Positions 14,542 to 27,420 of a DNA stretch of 64,000 nt are shown here, piece after piece (the stretch's first letter is position 1; the number at the start of each line of letters is the position of its first letter). The stretch lies in the NCBI RefSeq assembly GCF_009914755.1, contig NC_060927.1. One strand, written 5' to 3'. Below the pieces are notes generated by a model, which was not told the origin of the DNA, did not search any database, and worked only from the letters and a program-made list of their open reading frames with translations. Source of the DNA: the human T2T-CHM13v2.0 reference genome, Homo sapiens. The translations under genes were made by a program, and so were the position numbers.

Positions 14542-17500
14542 CTGAAAAATAAAAGAACATTTAGGGCAAGAAGAGCATATTCTTGAAGAGCCTGGGTGTT
14601 TTCAACAACTGAGTTAGGCAAAAAGAGAAAGACTCATAAAAATGCTTTAAATCCAATTAAAACTGTATATCCTAACCAAAAAAAAAAAAGTATCTATTAT
14701 TTTATAAGTGTATTTTTCTACATGAACAGCATTTCTTTATCTACTGGTATTTTATGCAAGAAAATAAAACTTAACAAAATGCAGCCTTTATTCTAAATCA
14801 CTATTAAATTAGATTTTAGTGAAAATATAGGTTAAACTTGCCTTGAATGCCTAGTTCCTATCTTAAATGTTTACGGTTTTCTCATTTTGTTCCTAGGCCA
14901 TCTTATTACACAAGCAAAAATGGATGAAAATTAATGTTTCATTTTCAGTACAATAGTGTTGCTTTGCTCTCCTTGAAATAAAATAAAATCTGCATGTTAT
15001 CTTCTCCTTGTTCCTAATGAAAATGCAGTTGGGTTTTTGAACTGCACACAACTATCACTCAATTGCTATCTCTGGGCTGGCCCATCTTTCTCAGCACTTA
15101 ACCTGTGAAAGCAGTAACACAGCTCCTGATCCCTAAGAGCTCACTATCTAAGGCGGATGATTTTATTTCTTTAAATGTGGTGGTACAATGGCACTGGGGG
15201 ATGTATGTGCCTTTCTGAAAACTCAACCATGCTCTACAGAACTTCCTAAGGTTTCATATCAAAGGCCAAAACTTTATTAAACAGGTAATAGTTCTGTCTG
15301 AACAAGAATCTGTTGTGGAAAGGCCCACTGCACCATATTATTTTACTTGGTGAAAGAAGGGACTAGGTTGTGGTTTTTTTTTGTCATTAAACAATCCTTT
15401 CAGGCAGAACAACAGTTATTCAACTTAATTTTAAAGCTTCCCTGATACACGTAGTCAAGGCAAACTTATGTAACACCACACTCTAAAGTGAATAATTAGT
15501 CCTAGAAGTAGCTATTAAGACCAACTTTGATAGAATACTACAAACTTGAAATATTTGAAATAGATTTTTGTTTAATTCAAGGAATCATGTGGTCACTAAT
15601 TTAAATAATGATGTCATCAGGGCAGAAGGCTTACATATACCACAAACAGTTCCAGACTGAGGTAGAGGCATGCACATGCACACAAACACATACAGGCTAA
15701 TTACTCAAAGTTTATGTTTTGTTCAGATTTGGCTGCACATCAAGAGACATTAATTTCATAGTTTTTGCTCCACATGTTACTTGTTTGCAAACAAAGAGAC
15801 AGGTTTTCCCCCCTTTTCTTCTAAATCAAAAAGAAAAAACATTTAGCAAGTTTTAAAGAAGTCTTTGACTTGTAGGAGACATAAGCTACTAACATGCAAG
15901 ACAGGTCCAATTTGCAGATGTTGATACAACTTGGCATTTGTATATACTGAGTCTTGCGGACCGATGCAAATTGAATGCCTAGGAAATGCTTTCCCCTTAC
16001 AAAGCTGGAAATTACCATTTAAATGAAAATGAACCAGGAAAATATTACCAAAGAGTTGGGAAATCGAAGATTAAAAAAATGCAAATTGGTGCACAGTCAT
16101 ACATTTGTATAGGGCAGAAGGGTGGGTGGATGTGAGGAGACCGCATTAAGTTTCATAGAAACGCCATCTCTTTTCAAAATCTGCAAACTGAGATATGTGG
16201 CCTGATTATCTTTAGATAAAACAGGGGAAATACTAAGCTTTTAAGTTACTCAGTTATTAATTTGACAAACATTTGTTGAATGCCTACTTTTTGCCCGAGG
16301 GTGTGTTAGGCACCAGGGACACAAAGACAAACGCAAGTGCATCATCTAAGCAGAAAATTCAGCCACGTGGTATGTGCTTTGATGGAGGGCCGAGGAGGGT
16401 ACTAGAAAAGAAGGTACCTGTGACTTCTTTTCTAGTGCCTAGTCAACAACTTAATATTCTAGAGTTGAAAAATGGGTCCAGTCAACTGGCATATCTGGAC
16501 ATTTGTCAGTTTAAACACATCTTTTGGAACAGATGAGCAAACTCCAGAAATTGAAAAGATAGTTTCTCACTTCCAATGTGGTCATTAACTTAATCATAGA
16601 AATTAGTCTCCTAATGCTTAAAATAGAAATGGGTCATCGATTTTAAATAGGAAGATGGTTGTCCTAGAATTTGCCATTTGGTTCTAAAAGACTGAAAAAG
16701 GCAGAAAATATTTAAGTCCAGAATGACATTATAATTTTTTAAGCAAACACTCTAAAGACTCTTAAAAAGGAATCCTCGTATGACTAACCACAGTCAGGGA
16801 GCAGATTAGACAGTACAACCTATCACAGAGATTTGAAGTGGCTAAGATCCTTTTGGCATTGCCCAGATATAAGATTGAGCCTTAATTCTTTCATTTATCT
16901 CTACTACTCTGTGGCCTTGGGCTACTTACTTAACATCTCTGAACCACATCTTTCTCCTGGATTTACCTCAAAAGTCAATGGTGGATTAAACAAAGATACT
17001 TCTGAACACTTAGCACAGTTCCTGGCACATAGAAAGTGTCCAACAAATGGCAGCTGTTCCAGGAAAGCACAAAAGGAATAGGACAGATGTCTGTGGCCTG
17101 TGTACTTGCTACTCCTGCCTCTGAAAATCTCATGCTGCACTATTTTGTCTCCAAAGAGCAAACATTGAGCAGTCAAAGGTTCTAAGTTCTTTTCAAAGAG
17201 ATTTCTCTGTATATACATTGAAAATCATGTTCAAAATCAGAGATACATTTCAAAACTGTGACTTAGTTTTGGGTGGGAGGAGAACTTACTTTCTTGGCTC
17301 TATCTCCCCTAGTTGGTTTCACCACATGGATACCCTATAATTCCAAAAGAAGGTTCTGCAGGTGCTTTTTAATTCTGGGGAGATGTCTGCAGAGGACGTG
17401 ATAAATTCTGCAAACCAAAGTACATAATGGAGCAACTGACCCAGCTCAAACAACAGAGTTCAGAAATGACAACTCTATAATCAAATGATCTGTGTCCAAT

Positions 17501-17869
17501 ACCCAAGCCAACTGCCCACGCCTCTCAGAGGCCGATTACAAAGAGGGTTTCCTTGTCACATCTGGAATTACATTGTTCACTGAAAACCTGACAGTTGCTA
17601 TTGTTTGAAATTAGGACCCTCTTATTAAGAAAATGAGCAGTGAGCTTGTCAACAGAATCTGGAGTGAATGCAACAGAAAACAGTGTGTGTGCACGTGTGC
17701 TACTCTTTACACAGTGGACATGTGCAGGCAAAAATCAAAGGTTTTATCTCTACCCTTCCTACAAGAACACATTTGGGCCATTTCTATAATATAGAACACA
17801 TTCCTCCCTTGTGCTGTGTTAATGGAAAAAAGTACCATAAGAAAGTACTGAAAAATCCAAGAAGAGGGA

Positions 17870-18125
17870 ATTAGGTAATAAATAACAACACTGCAAATAG
17901 CTAATAGAATGTGCTGATCACAGGGACAAATATTAAAACACGCTTTCATTAAGTCACCTCATAAGCACCATGGGAGCTACTCTTTTGGCCCCTCTTTATG
18001 GATAAGGAAAGGGAAGCTAAAAGAAGGTGAATAGCTTGTCTAAGTTTGCATAGCCAGTAAGCAGGGGAGCCACACAGTTTGATCTGAACCCAGAGAAAGC
18101 CAAGAGAACTCATGTTTAGAGTCTT
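17870..18125 (-). mobile_element. MIR SINE
   Basis: gataaggaaaggg...gaatagcttgtctaag...ctgaacccag. Confidence 0.5.
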
Positions 18126-19657
18126 TAACAGCACAAGCAAGTCACCACGATATCACAGTTACATGTGGGTAAAATGCAGAAACTTCTTTCCTGAAAATTT
18201 CAAATTCAAATTTCCAGAGAAGCAAATAAGGTTGTGCTCCTGTACACGGCTGTGCTATCTCCACTGGCTGCCAGCAGACAGCAGAGTGATCTGTCACACC
18301 TATTACTTAGGTAGCAAGAGTGGTTGAAATTGGCTGAACAAATGATTAAGACACTCATTTTGTGTCTGGAAAACCTATTTCTGTCTCTTTCATTTACTTT
18401 ATCTAATATCATTGGATTGACAAATTCTTTTTTCGATCAAATTAGTTTCAAATTGTTCTATCATTCAGGGTGAACCTTAAGTCATCCCTCTCACAATGAC
18501 CACAAAGACAACTTATTAAACATCTTTAAAAATAGATCCATCAATAGTTATTGACCATTGTTGGCATGTGCATCAATTACAACAGACAGGTTCCAAATGT
18601 TAAGAAAAACAGAGCTTGGTTCTATTCTATCATAATTCTAGCCAACCATGACTGATTATCTTTATCTCACGTAACAAAAATAAAGAAAACCAAATGAATG
18701 CAATAATCTATACTAAATAGACTTATATTTTCAGGTCTTTAGGCAATCTCAAAAATGCCAGGCAGATTCAATAATCTTAGTACAGTTCCACTCATACTGA
18801 TGTTAAACAATCTTCTACTTAAACAATCTTCAATTGCTAAAGAATCTTCCATCAGCCAAGGCTTTCATCAGCAATTTAGCTGAAACTTATGCTTTCCTAT
18901 GTATCCATCAGCAAATGTATCAGACGGAATGCAAACTAATTTTAATGTTGTTCAAGGTTGAACATAAAGGACTGAACGTAATAGCAAACGTAATTCAATA
19001 TATTCCAATAGCAAAGAAACAAGAATTTGGCATCATCTGCTAGTATAAATTATTCCTAAACAACAATAACTAGAGTAGTCAAGACTTGATTTGCATTGAC
19101 ACAACTCTAAGGCAAACAGTACATACAGATGCTGCATCACTATATAAACAACCACTCACTACAATGGCAAGGTCAACAACACGTGGTCTGGGACGTAATA
19201 ACAACACAATCCTAAGACTTAACTATTCAATTCCTCAGTGACCTTCTTTTATTGCAAGTGCTCCTATAATGTTCCTTAAACTAGTCTTAATTGATTTTTG
19301 TTTGTCCTGCTTGGCTTTTTTGTATTACCCAAATAACCATCCGTACTAAACAAATAAAGAAATAAGACTGAGACAGGTTATGCCAAAGTTCAAGGGACAC
19401 AGCGAGCATCTCTTCGGTTCTTCCCCAATCCTCACTTTACAAGACTACCCATTACCAATTTGCTAACTCTCGTTCTAGTCTCTGTTCAGTCAGACATTTT
19501 CTTTGTAAACATAATGTACTACAACTCCGCGTGATGCCTGCAGGCAGACACGCAGGTTGTAAGACTGACCTTTCCTGGATAAGCTAGAATGAAAATCATA
19601 ATTGGAGGAGTGCAAACTAAAGAAACAGGGATTAAGCAATTCACTGGGGAAGAAAAC

Positions 19658-19688
19658 CATGCAGGCCATGTCATGCACGTGTCATGCA
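19658..19688 (-). promoter_or_regulatory. Three UGCAUG (RBFOX) intronic splicing elements downstream of the 36-nt exon
   Basis: + strand CATGCA at 19658, 19672 and 19683, 26-56 nt past the donor. Confidence 0.8.
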
Positions 19689-19713
19689 GCAGCAGCAGGC
19701 AGGGAGGGTTTAC

Positions 19714-19749
19714 CTAGTTCACTGTCCAGCTCCTCGGTGTGTACCCCTT
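19714..19749 (-). CDS. MAGI1: MAGI1 36-nt exon (~exon 7), phase 1-1: (E)GVHTEELDSEL, WW1-WW2 linker
   Basis: Acceptor ctttggagaag|AAGGGG; donor CTAG|gtaaac; fills the known linker sequence exactly. Confidence 0.93.
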   Translation of the reverse strand, partial: KGYTPRSWTVN

Positions 19750-19873
19750 CTTCTCCAAAGGAATAGCAGGAATGAGACAGAAAAGAGAGAAAGCAAAATT
19801 CAGACACCAGCACCAAGAAAGGAAATCTCCTCAGGAAAACAGCAGCAAACACATCACTCTAGTTCATCCTTAC

Positions 19874-19918
19874 CTGCATTGTGGCTTATTTCATTGGCTT
19901 GGATAGTAAACTTGCGAC
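19874..19918 (-). CDS. MAGI1: Candidate extra cassette exon, 45 nt, phase 1-1: (G)RKFTIQANEISHNA
   Basis: Pyrimidine-rich ctcttcccgttttgtgatttacactgag|GTCGC acceptor, consensus CAG|gtaagg donor, length divisible by 3, no stop in the MAGI1 frame; not in the canonical protein as I recall it. Confidence 0.5.
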
Positions 19919-20383
19919 CTCAGTGTAAATCACAAAACGGGAAGAGCTGATATTGGCAAAATAATTACATGGCTCATTTCCTTGCATGTCAAAATAGGAT
20001 TTGATTGGTTGTAAAAGATGACAAATACCTTTGCGGTTTCAATGTTCTTAAGTGGGAAGTCACTTATTACAGACCTTATTGGGAGTAAACAAAGCTGTTA
20101 GACCTTTCATTATCAGTCCTTTTAATCCTTCAATAATCCTCTAATCAGTGAGGCAATTATACTCACAATTAAAGCATTATTTAACTTACAAGTAACAGTG
20201 CTGCTTGAAAAATGGAAGGTGAGGTCAAATTGAAAGTGCAGACTGTATAATGAGCTAACTTTGATGTCTTTCAAAAAGGAGCTGGAAAGATGAATTACGT
20301 CAAGATAAAATATATCAAAGAAGAAAGCCTTGAAAACTGCCCTGAAGGAGTGTTGGGAGGCATTTAACTGGTTTTGTGAGAAA

Positions 20384-20386
<3 letters not shown>

Positions 20387-20415
<29 letters not shown>
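20387..20415. repeat. (CA)n microsatellite
   Basis: Direct reading. Confidence 0.95.
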
Positions 20416-20804
20416 TTTCTAAGTCAAGGAGCTCAGAAATATTAGAATTAAAATGTCCTCAAAAATTTCAGGGAGCAAAATAAGTCCAAATCCTTTCTGT
20501 TCTTGACCTCGTCCTCTTGCTGTCAGTAAAACATTTTCTTATTGTTGAGAAGAAAACATGGGAGAACACACAAAAATCATTTCATACATAATGTTTCCCC
20601 AGGGTCAGGGCAAGTGGCTCCTATAAGCTTCACAAACACAGGAATTGAGCCTGTTTTCAGTACCACAATACGCTCAGTGCCCAGTGTAGCCTTCTGCACA
20701 TGTTAGGTACTAAATATTTCTTGATGAATGAATGAATGAACCAATCAATCAATGATTGACTTAAATAACCAACATGGGCCTAGACACCTTGTAAACTCTT
20801 GATT

Positions 20805-20972
20805 TGTTGTGGGGTGGGGGGAGGGAGGAGGGATAGCATTAGGAGAAATACCTAATGTAAATGACGAGTTAATGGATGCAGCACACCAACATGGCACATG
20901 TATACATATGTAACAAACCTGCACGTTGTGCATATATACCCTAGAACTTAAAGTATAATAATAATAAAAAAA
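20805..20972 (+). mobile_element. Severely 5'-truncated L1PA 3' end
   Basis: G-rich tract, gatgacgagttaatgg, ccctagaacttaaagtataataa tail. Confidence 0.92.
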
Positions 20973-21141
20973 TGATCCCACTGCCAGCGGTAAGTTTTGA
21001 TTGGCACCGTTTCTTAAAAGGAGAATCTAATTTACACAAAGTCATCTGTGAAAATGCCCATTTGGATATTATCTAATGTCTTTGGGAGCATTTGTTCACT
21101 TCTTCAGTAGTTATTTATCAAGACCTATGATGTGCCAGTCA

Positions 21142-21471
<330 letters not shown>

Positions 21472-21719
21472 TCAGACATCTCTACTTTTCCAGAACAGGA
21501 GACAAATCCAAGGCTCACACAAATAAAACTAAAATTAAAACCATGATAAGTTCTCAACAGAGTAAGATACATGAGTGACCTAATCATATTTTTGGGGGCA
21601 AAGTCATGGAAAAATTCCCTGAAGTATAACCTGAAGGATATGCAAAGTTTAATGTCTGTTGTATTCATTGACACATTCGAATACCTAGGATGCACGTGAC
21701 ATACAGAAATTATTCAATA

Positions 21720-22370
21720 ACTATTGTGAAATATAAGAGTATAGTGAAATGTAAGCGTATTCTAAGAGAGAAATGCACATTTAACTGACATGAGGCAGGA
21801 ACTCAATGAGGACTAGTGGGGATGAAGAGCAGAGAGCAGAGAAATAGTGTGAGAAAACCTAGAGAGGCTGACCACACAGGGCTCAGAGTAGCAAGCTATG
21901 GACCTGGCATTTCCTAAGCAGACCCTGTGGAGGTTGTCAGCGATAACATCATCACATTTACATTTTAAAAGATTTCTCCGAGTACAACATAAAAAGGAGA
22001 GTGAAAAGAGTCTGTATGGGAGATGAGCATGATCCCAGATGAGAATGGAAGATGCGGTGAAAAAAATAGTGAATGGATCCAAGAGATATTTAGGATGCCA
22101 ACTGAATTCAGCTGGTTCACGGGTTAGAAATAGGTGTGAAGAAAAGTGACATATCAAGGGGGAATTTTGAGTATGCATAAATTTACCATGAATGGAGACA
22201 GGAAACACTTTGTATATTACGTAATTTGGGGGGAAAGATCATCAGTTTTAATGGTTTTAATACGACTAAGTCGAAGTATCTTTGAGACAATCGTTGACAT
22301 TATCAATCACATGGATTACAATATTGGTCTGGAGTTCAAAGGCAACACTGAGGGCTTCTAACTGAACTGG
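21720..22370 (-). mobile_element. L2 fragment
   Basis: Degenerate L2 motifs (gatttacattttaaaag, ggtctggagttcaaagg). Confidence 0.5.
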
Positions 22371-23126
22371 ACACAGCAGTGACAGAAGGAGTCATTCACT
22401 AACATCAAAATCTCAAACCAGTTTCTCGATTTTCTGAGATAGGAAATAGAACATATTAAATCTTTATAATAATTAAGTATGATGCTATACTGTTACACCT
22501 CATATGTATGACCTACAGAGAACAGAAAGAAATACAGGGACAATATTTGCAACCAATATGTTTTTCTGCTTTGTGTTATAAATAATAACAAGGCAGCTTT
22601 GCGTTAACTGGCAACAGAAAATGCAAACTGATACTTACCATAATCTGATTATATATTTATACTGTTTGTGTGTACAGGCACACAGATATACATAGAATTT
22701 CTACTAGAAACAGAATATATGAATTCTAATATTAAAGAGATAATTATAAACTAACTGCATTTGGTATGAATACATTCTTGTTCCAAAGGAAATAACATTA
22801 ACACAAAAAGATAAGAATTTTAAGAATTAAAAATTACTAGATTTGGTAACAAAAATGCCAATTCCATTCAATACTTTCACTCTATGTACAGTTTTTCTCA
22901 GTAAAAGCTATTGCAGTATTCTATCACTTATAATATTGTATTAACAAGCATTTTCATACATTCCCAGAATAATTACAAAAGGGATATTGACATTGAAGAC
23001 CCTATGGTAATAAGTGCCTAAATTGCTTTCAAAATCATAAGGCATCAAATAATGATTATTGTTCCATGAAATTTTAGGGTTGAATGTGTTTTATGCTATG
23101 ATCTTTGAAAACTGGTTATTTATGTT

Positions 23127-23697
<571 letters not shown>

Positions 23698-24896
23698 TAA
23701 ACAGAATACTGAAATAATCAGTATAGTCTATTATCTCCCAAGCATGCAAAATACCAGAGCTGAATGAACCTGTTCTATTCCTTCTTCAGGAATCAAACAA
23801 AGCAACCAAGATAAAACAAACATCTTGGTCATGCCTCCTAAGTTAGAAGGACTTTTGTTTCCATTTGAAGTAACTCAGATAAATACCAACACAATAGTCT
23901 ATGTCATTTAACGTAATCTGCAAACCATGTATAATAGAAGGATCATGGAGTGCAAGGTTTTCACAGTATTATACTATAAAATACTGCCTTGCATTTTCAA
24001 AAAATCTTCAAGTTTATATATACAACCATTCTGCACTATAGGACGAATAATAAAGTTCTGTTATCTTACAGTAAAATACATATTTAATAATTATACTACT
24101 AATTCACATGCCAGAATTGAATAATGAGTAGCAAAGCAGAGCGAAGCAAACCATTTCCCTTTTCATTCTTCCACATCAAAAAATAATTTTGGTAGAACTT
24201 GGGATAGACGTTGGTGTACTGAAAAGGGACACACTAGCTCTGTTTCAATTTTTTTTTTTTTTTCATTTTGGAGAAGTAATTAGAAAACCCAAAGCCTTGA
24301 AATGAACTTTTTCAACAAAAGCTCTTACAGCCAGTTAGTTCATTTCCAAGATTAACAGGGAGAGTGGTGCTCTAGGTAACACCTCAACCTCTGTCTCAAA
24401 AGAATACACTTACTACATATTGTGGGTATACTCTAAGTTACACAGAGATTCTCAAACATCTCTAGATCTGTTTCCCCTACCTCCAAGACTAGGGAAGTAT
24501 GTGAAATATGTACAGTTCAAGAAAAACTCCCAACTTTTCCCCCTAAGACTTTTATAAGATAGGGTTAAACCTGAGAATGTGTGACTGACCAGACCGTCTT
24601 TGGTTTCTTTATTCCTAGAGACTTTCTAGAATTTACTCTAAGTTCCTGAAGACAGAGGACGTATCTTCATTTGAACAGTTTCTGACTGTTCTGCTTCTAA
24701 TGGAGATATTAGTAAGCATCTGTCTTTATGTGTAAACAAATTCTTCTCTTGAAACAACTCTGACTTTCTTCCTGCTTTTGTAAACCACAGTCCATTTAGC
24801 AGAAATTGGATTACCTTTTAAAAACTCAACATAAGACCCGACTGACCTGGCTACGACTCTTTAAAATTTGCACATGTGAACAGTGCCCCCAATTCA

Positions 24897-25109
<213 letters not shown>

Positions 25110-25911
25110 CTACAACAAAGATGCTTTCCAACAGCAAATCCAAACCAGAAGAGAGCCTGAGTTTACAATTATAAAATGGCTTGGGGAGGGTCTTAGGTAG
25201 GCTTTTTACTTACCTAACATATGATTATTCAATTACTGAAAGCTTAAAAAATAATACCAGTTTTATTTTTGAAAAATAAGTTACAAATGATACCCCCTGC
25301 GTATACCATCTACCCTTGTCTAGATTATTTTAGGCTTTGCATTTGCCACAGAGAAAACTTCCATTTATTTTAAGTATATCTATGACTTGAGTCTTGGATG
25401 CTGAAACTCACAAAGAGGGCTGCTATTTCATTCATTATATTACATAAGAATTCTCATGACAGCATGAAACTACCTTAATTCACATAAATGACTCAAAACT
25501 ACCAATACACATCATTAAATCACAATGTCCTAAATTATGCTTTGGACATAATGAAGGCAGCCCCAAATTACTCGTCATAAATAGAATCTGGACCAAGGAT
25601 AAGCTTGGAGAGGCTAAACATGTCACTCAACTGCCTTTTAAGGGATAAAGTTCAATTCTAGATGAAGTATTTCAACAGATGGTGACTGGGGCCCTGCAGA
25701 TTTGAAAGTGTAGAGACACATTCCCAAAGATATCGCCATTCAATCATATTAGAAATGTCACCAGAATGGTTGGAAGCATTCAGCTTTTGTGCTTCCCAAA
25801 GCAGTGGCTGGGACAAAGTTCTGCTTGAGCCCCCAGGGCACCATGCAGCTAAGTGGGTGGGGCAAACAACTCCAGTCCAGTAGTTCTGGCTACAAACTAG
25901 ACATGAAAACA

Positions 25912-26225
25912 AATTGGAAATCATCATTCTCAGTAAACTATTGCAAGAACAAAAAACCAAACACCGCATATTCTCACTCATAGGTGGGAACTGAACAATG
26001 AGAACACATGGACACAGGAAGGGGAACATCACACTCTGGGGACTGTTGTGGGGTTGGGGGACGGGGGAGGGATAGCATTGGGAGATATTCCTAATGCTAG
26101 ATGACAAGTTAGTGGGTGCAGCGCACCAGCATGGCACATGTATACATATGTAACTAACCTGCACATTGTGCACATGTACCCTAAAACTGAAAGTATAATA
26201 ATAATAATAATAATAATAAAAAAAT
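25912..26225 (+). mobile_element. Young L1PA2/PA3-like 3' end, 5' truncated
   Basis: Near-consensus L1 3'UTR; diagnostic triplet is AAG (decayed GAG), not the L1HS-Ta ACA; (AAT)n tail. Confidence 0.93.
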
Positions 26226-27090
26226 ACTTGTTTTACAAAAAAAAAAGAAGTTTTTTTAAAAATTAAGTTCAGGCAGTAACTTAAAACTTTTTTTGAACTG
26301 TGACATTTCGGTTGTAAATTTGGGAGTTGGCAGGGAAGAGGGTTTGCCAAAGTTTTTTATTTTTGATTCAAATCTTATTAATTGTCAAAAAAAAAACCAT
26401 ATGGCTTAAGAGAAAAACAGAATCTGCGAATGTATACACGTCATATCAACTGTGTTAAAATAAAAATAACAAAAGGTAATATAGCAACCACCACCATCAC
26501 CACCACGTATGACTGCCAGAATCTGTTCTTACAATAACCCTATGAGAGAAGTATTATTAGCATTAAAATTATTGCTCCCCATATTACAAATGAGAAAACT
26601 GATAATAGAAAGGTAAAGCAATTTGTCTAAGGACACCCTGCTGAGACATCACAGAACTGGGAATTAAACCCAGAAAGTTTTGCACTAGAATCCACAGTCT
26701 GCACTACTCCTACACAGTAAGATAATAACAAGGATCATTGTTAGGAGAGGAGATTATGCAGGATTAAGAAAAAAACTGTGTTTAAAACAAAAATAACTGT
26801 AGATTCACATTCAGTTAAAAGAAAGAAGAGAGATCCCACACACCCTTTACCTAGAACCCATCAATAATAACATCCTGCAAAACTATAGTATACCGTGACA
26901 ACTAGGATACTGATACTGACACAGTCAACATACAAAACATTTTCATCATCACAGGGGTCCCTCACGTTGCTCTTTTATAGTCACACCTGGTTACCTTCCA
27001 ACCATTCCCCCCAACCCTCTTCTTAATCCCTGGTAACTACGAATCTGTCCTCTATTTCTATAATTTTGTCATTTCAAGAAGGTTATATAG

Positions 27091-27420
27091 CGCTGGGCGG
27101 GGTGGTACATGCCTGTAACTCCAGCACTTTGGAATGTCAAGCCAGGTGGATTGCTTGAGCTCAGGAGTTCAAAACCAGCCTGGACAATGTGGTGAAATGC
27201 CATCTCTACAAAAAAATACAAAAAAATTAGCCAGGTGTGGTGGCACACACTAGCCAGGTGTGGTGGTGCGCACCTGTGGTCCTAGCTACTGGAGAGGCTG
27301 AGGTAGCAGGATCACCTGAGCCCAGGAGGCAGAGGTTGCAGTGAGCAGAGACTGTGCCACTGTACTCTAGCCTGGGCGACAGAGTGAGATGCTGTCTCAA
27401 AATAAAATAAAAATAAAAAT
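27091..27420 (+). mobile_element. AluJ/S with an internal ~22-bp duplication
   Basis: tagccaggtgtggtgg occurs twice; TSD aagaa(g/t)gttat(a/g)ta. Confidence 0.93.

Noticed and set aside
17290-17334. Possible 45-nt poison exon (ttatag|GGTATCC...GAAA|gtaagt, in-frame TAG)
   Set aside because: Modest pyrimidine tract and weak exonic donor positions; such pseudo-exons arise by chance and nothing else supports it
19874-19946. Longer 73-nt version of the candidate exon using an upstream CAG
   Set aside because: Poorer pyrimidine tract and frame-disrupting; cannot be excluded as a minor NMD form
25912-26225. Possible human-specific L1HS-Ta insertion
   Set aside because: Lacks the ACA diagnostic and the 3' G diagnostic; I could not identify a TSD
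25658-26350. 230-aa minus-strand ORF
   Set aside because: Antisense reading through an L1 3'UTR and (AAT)n tail; no protein-like features
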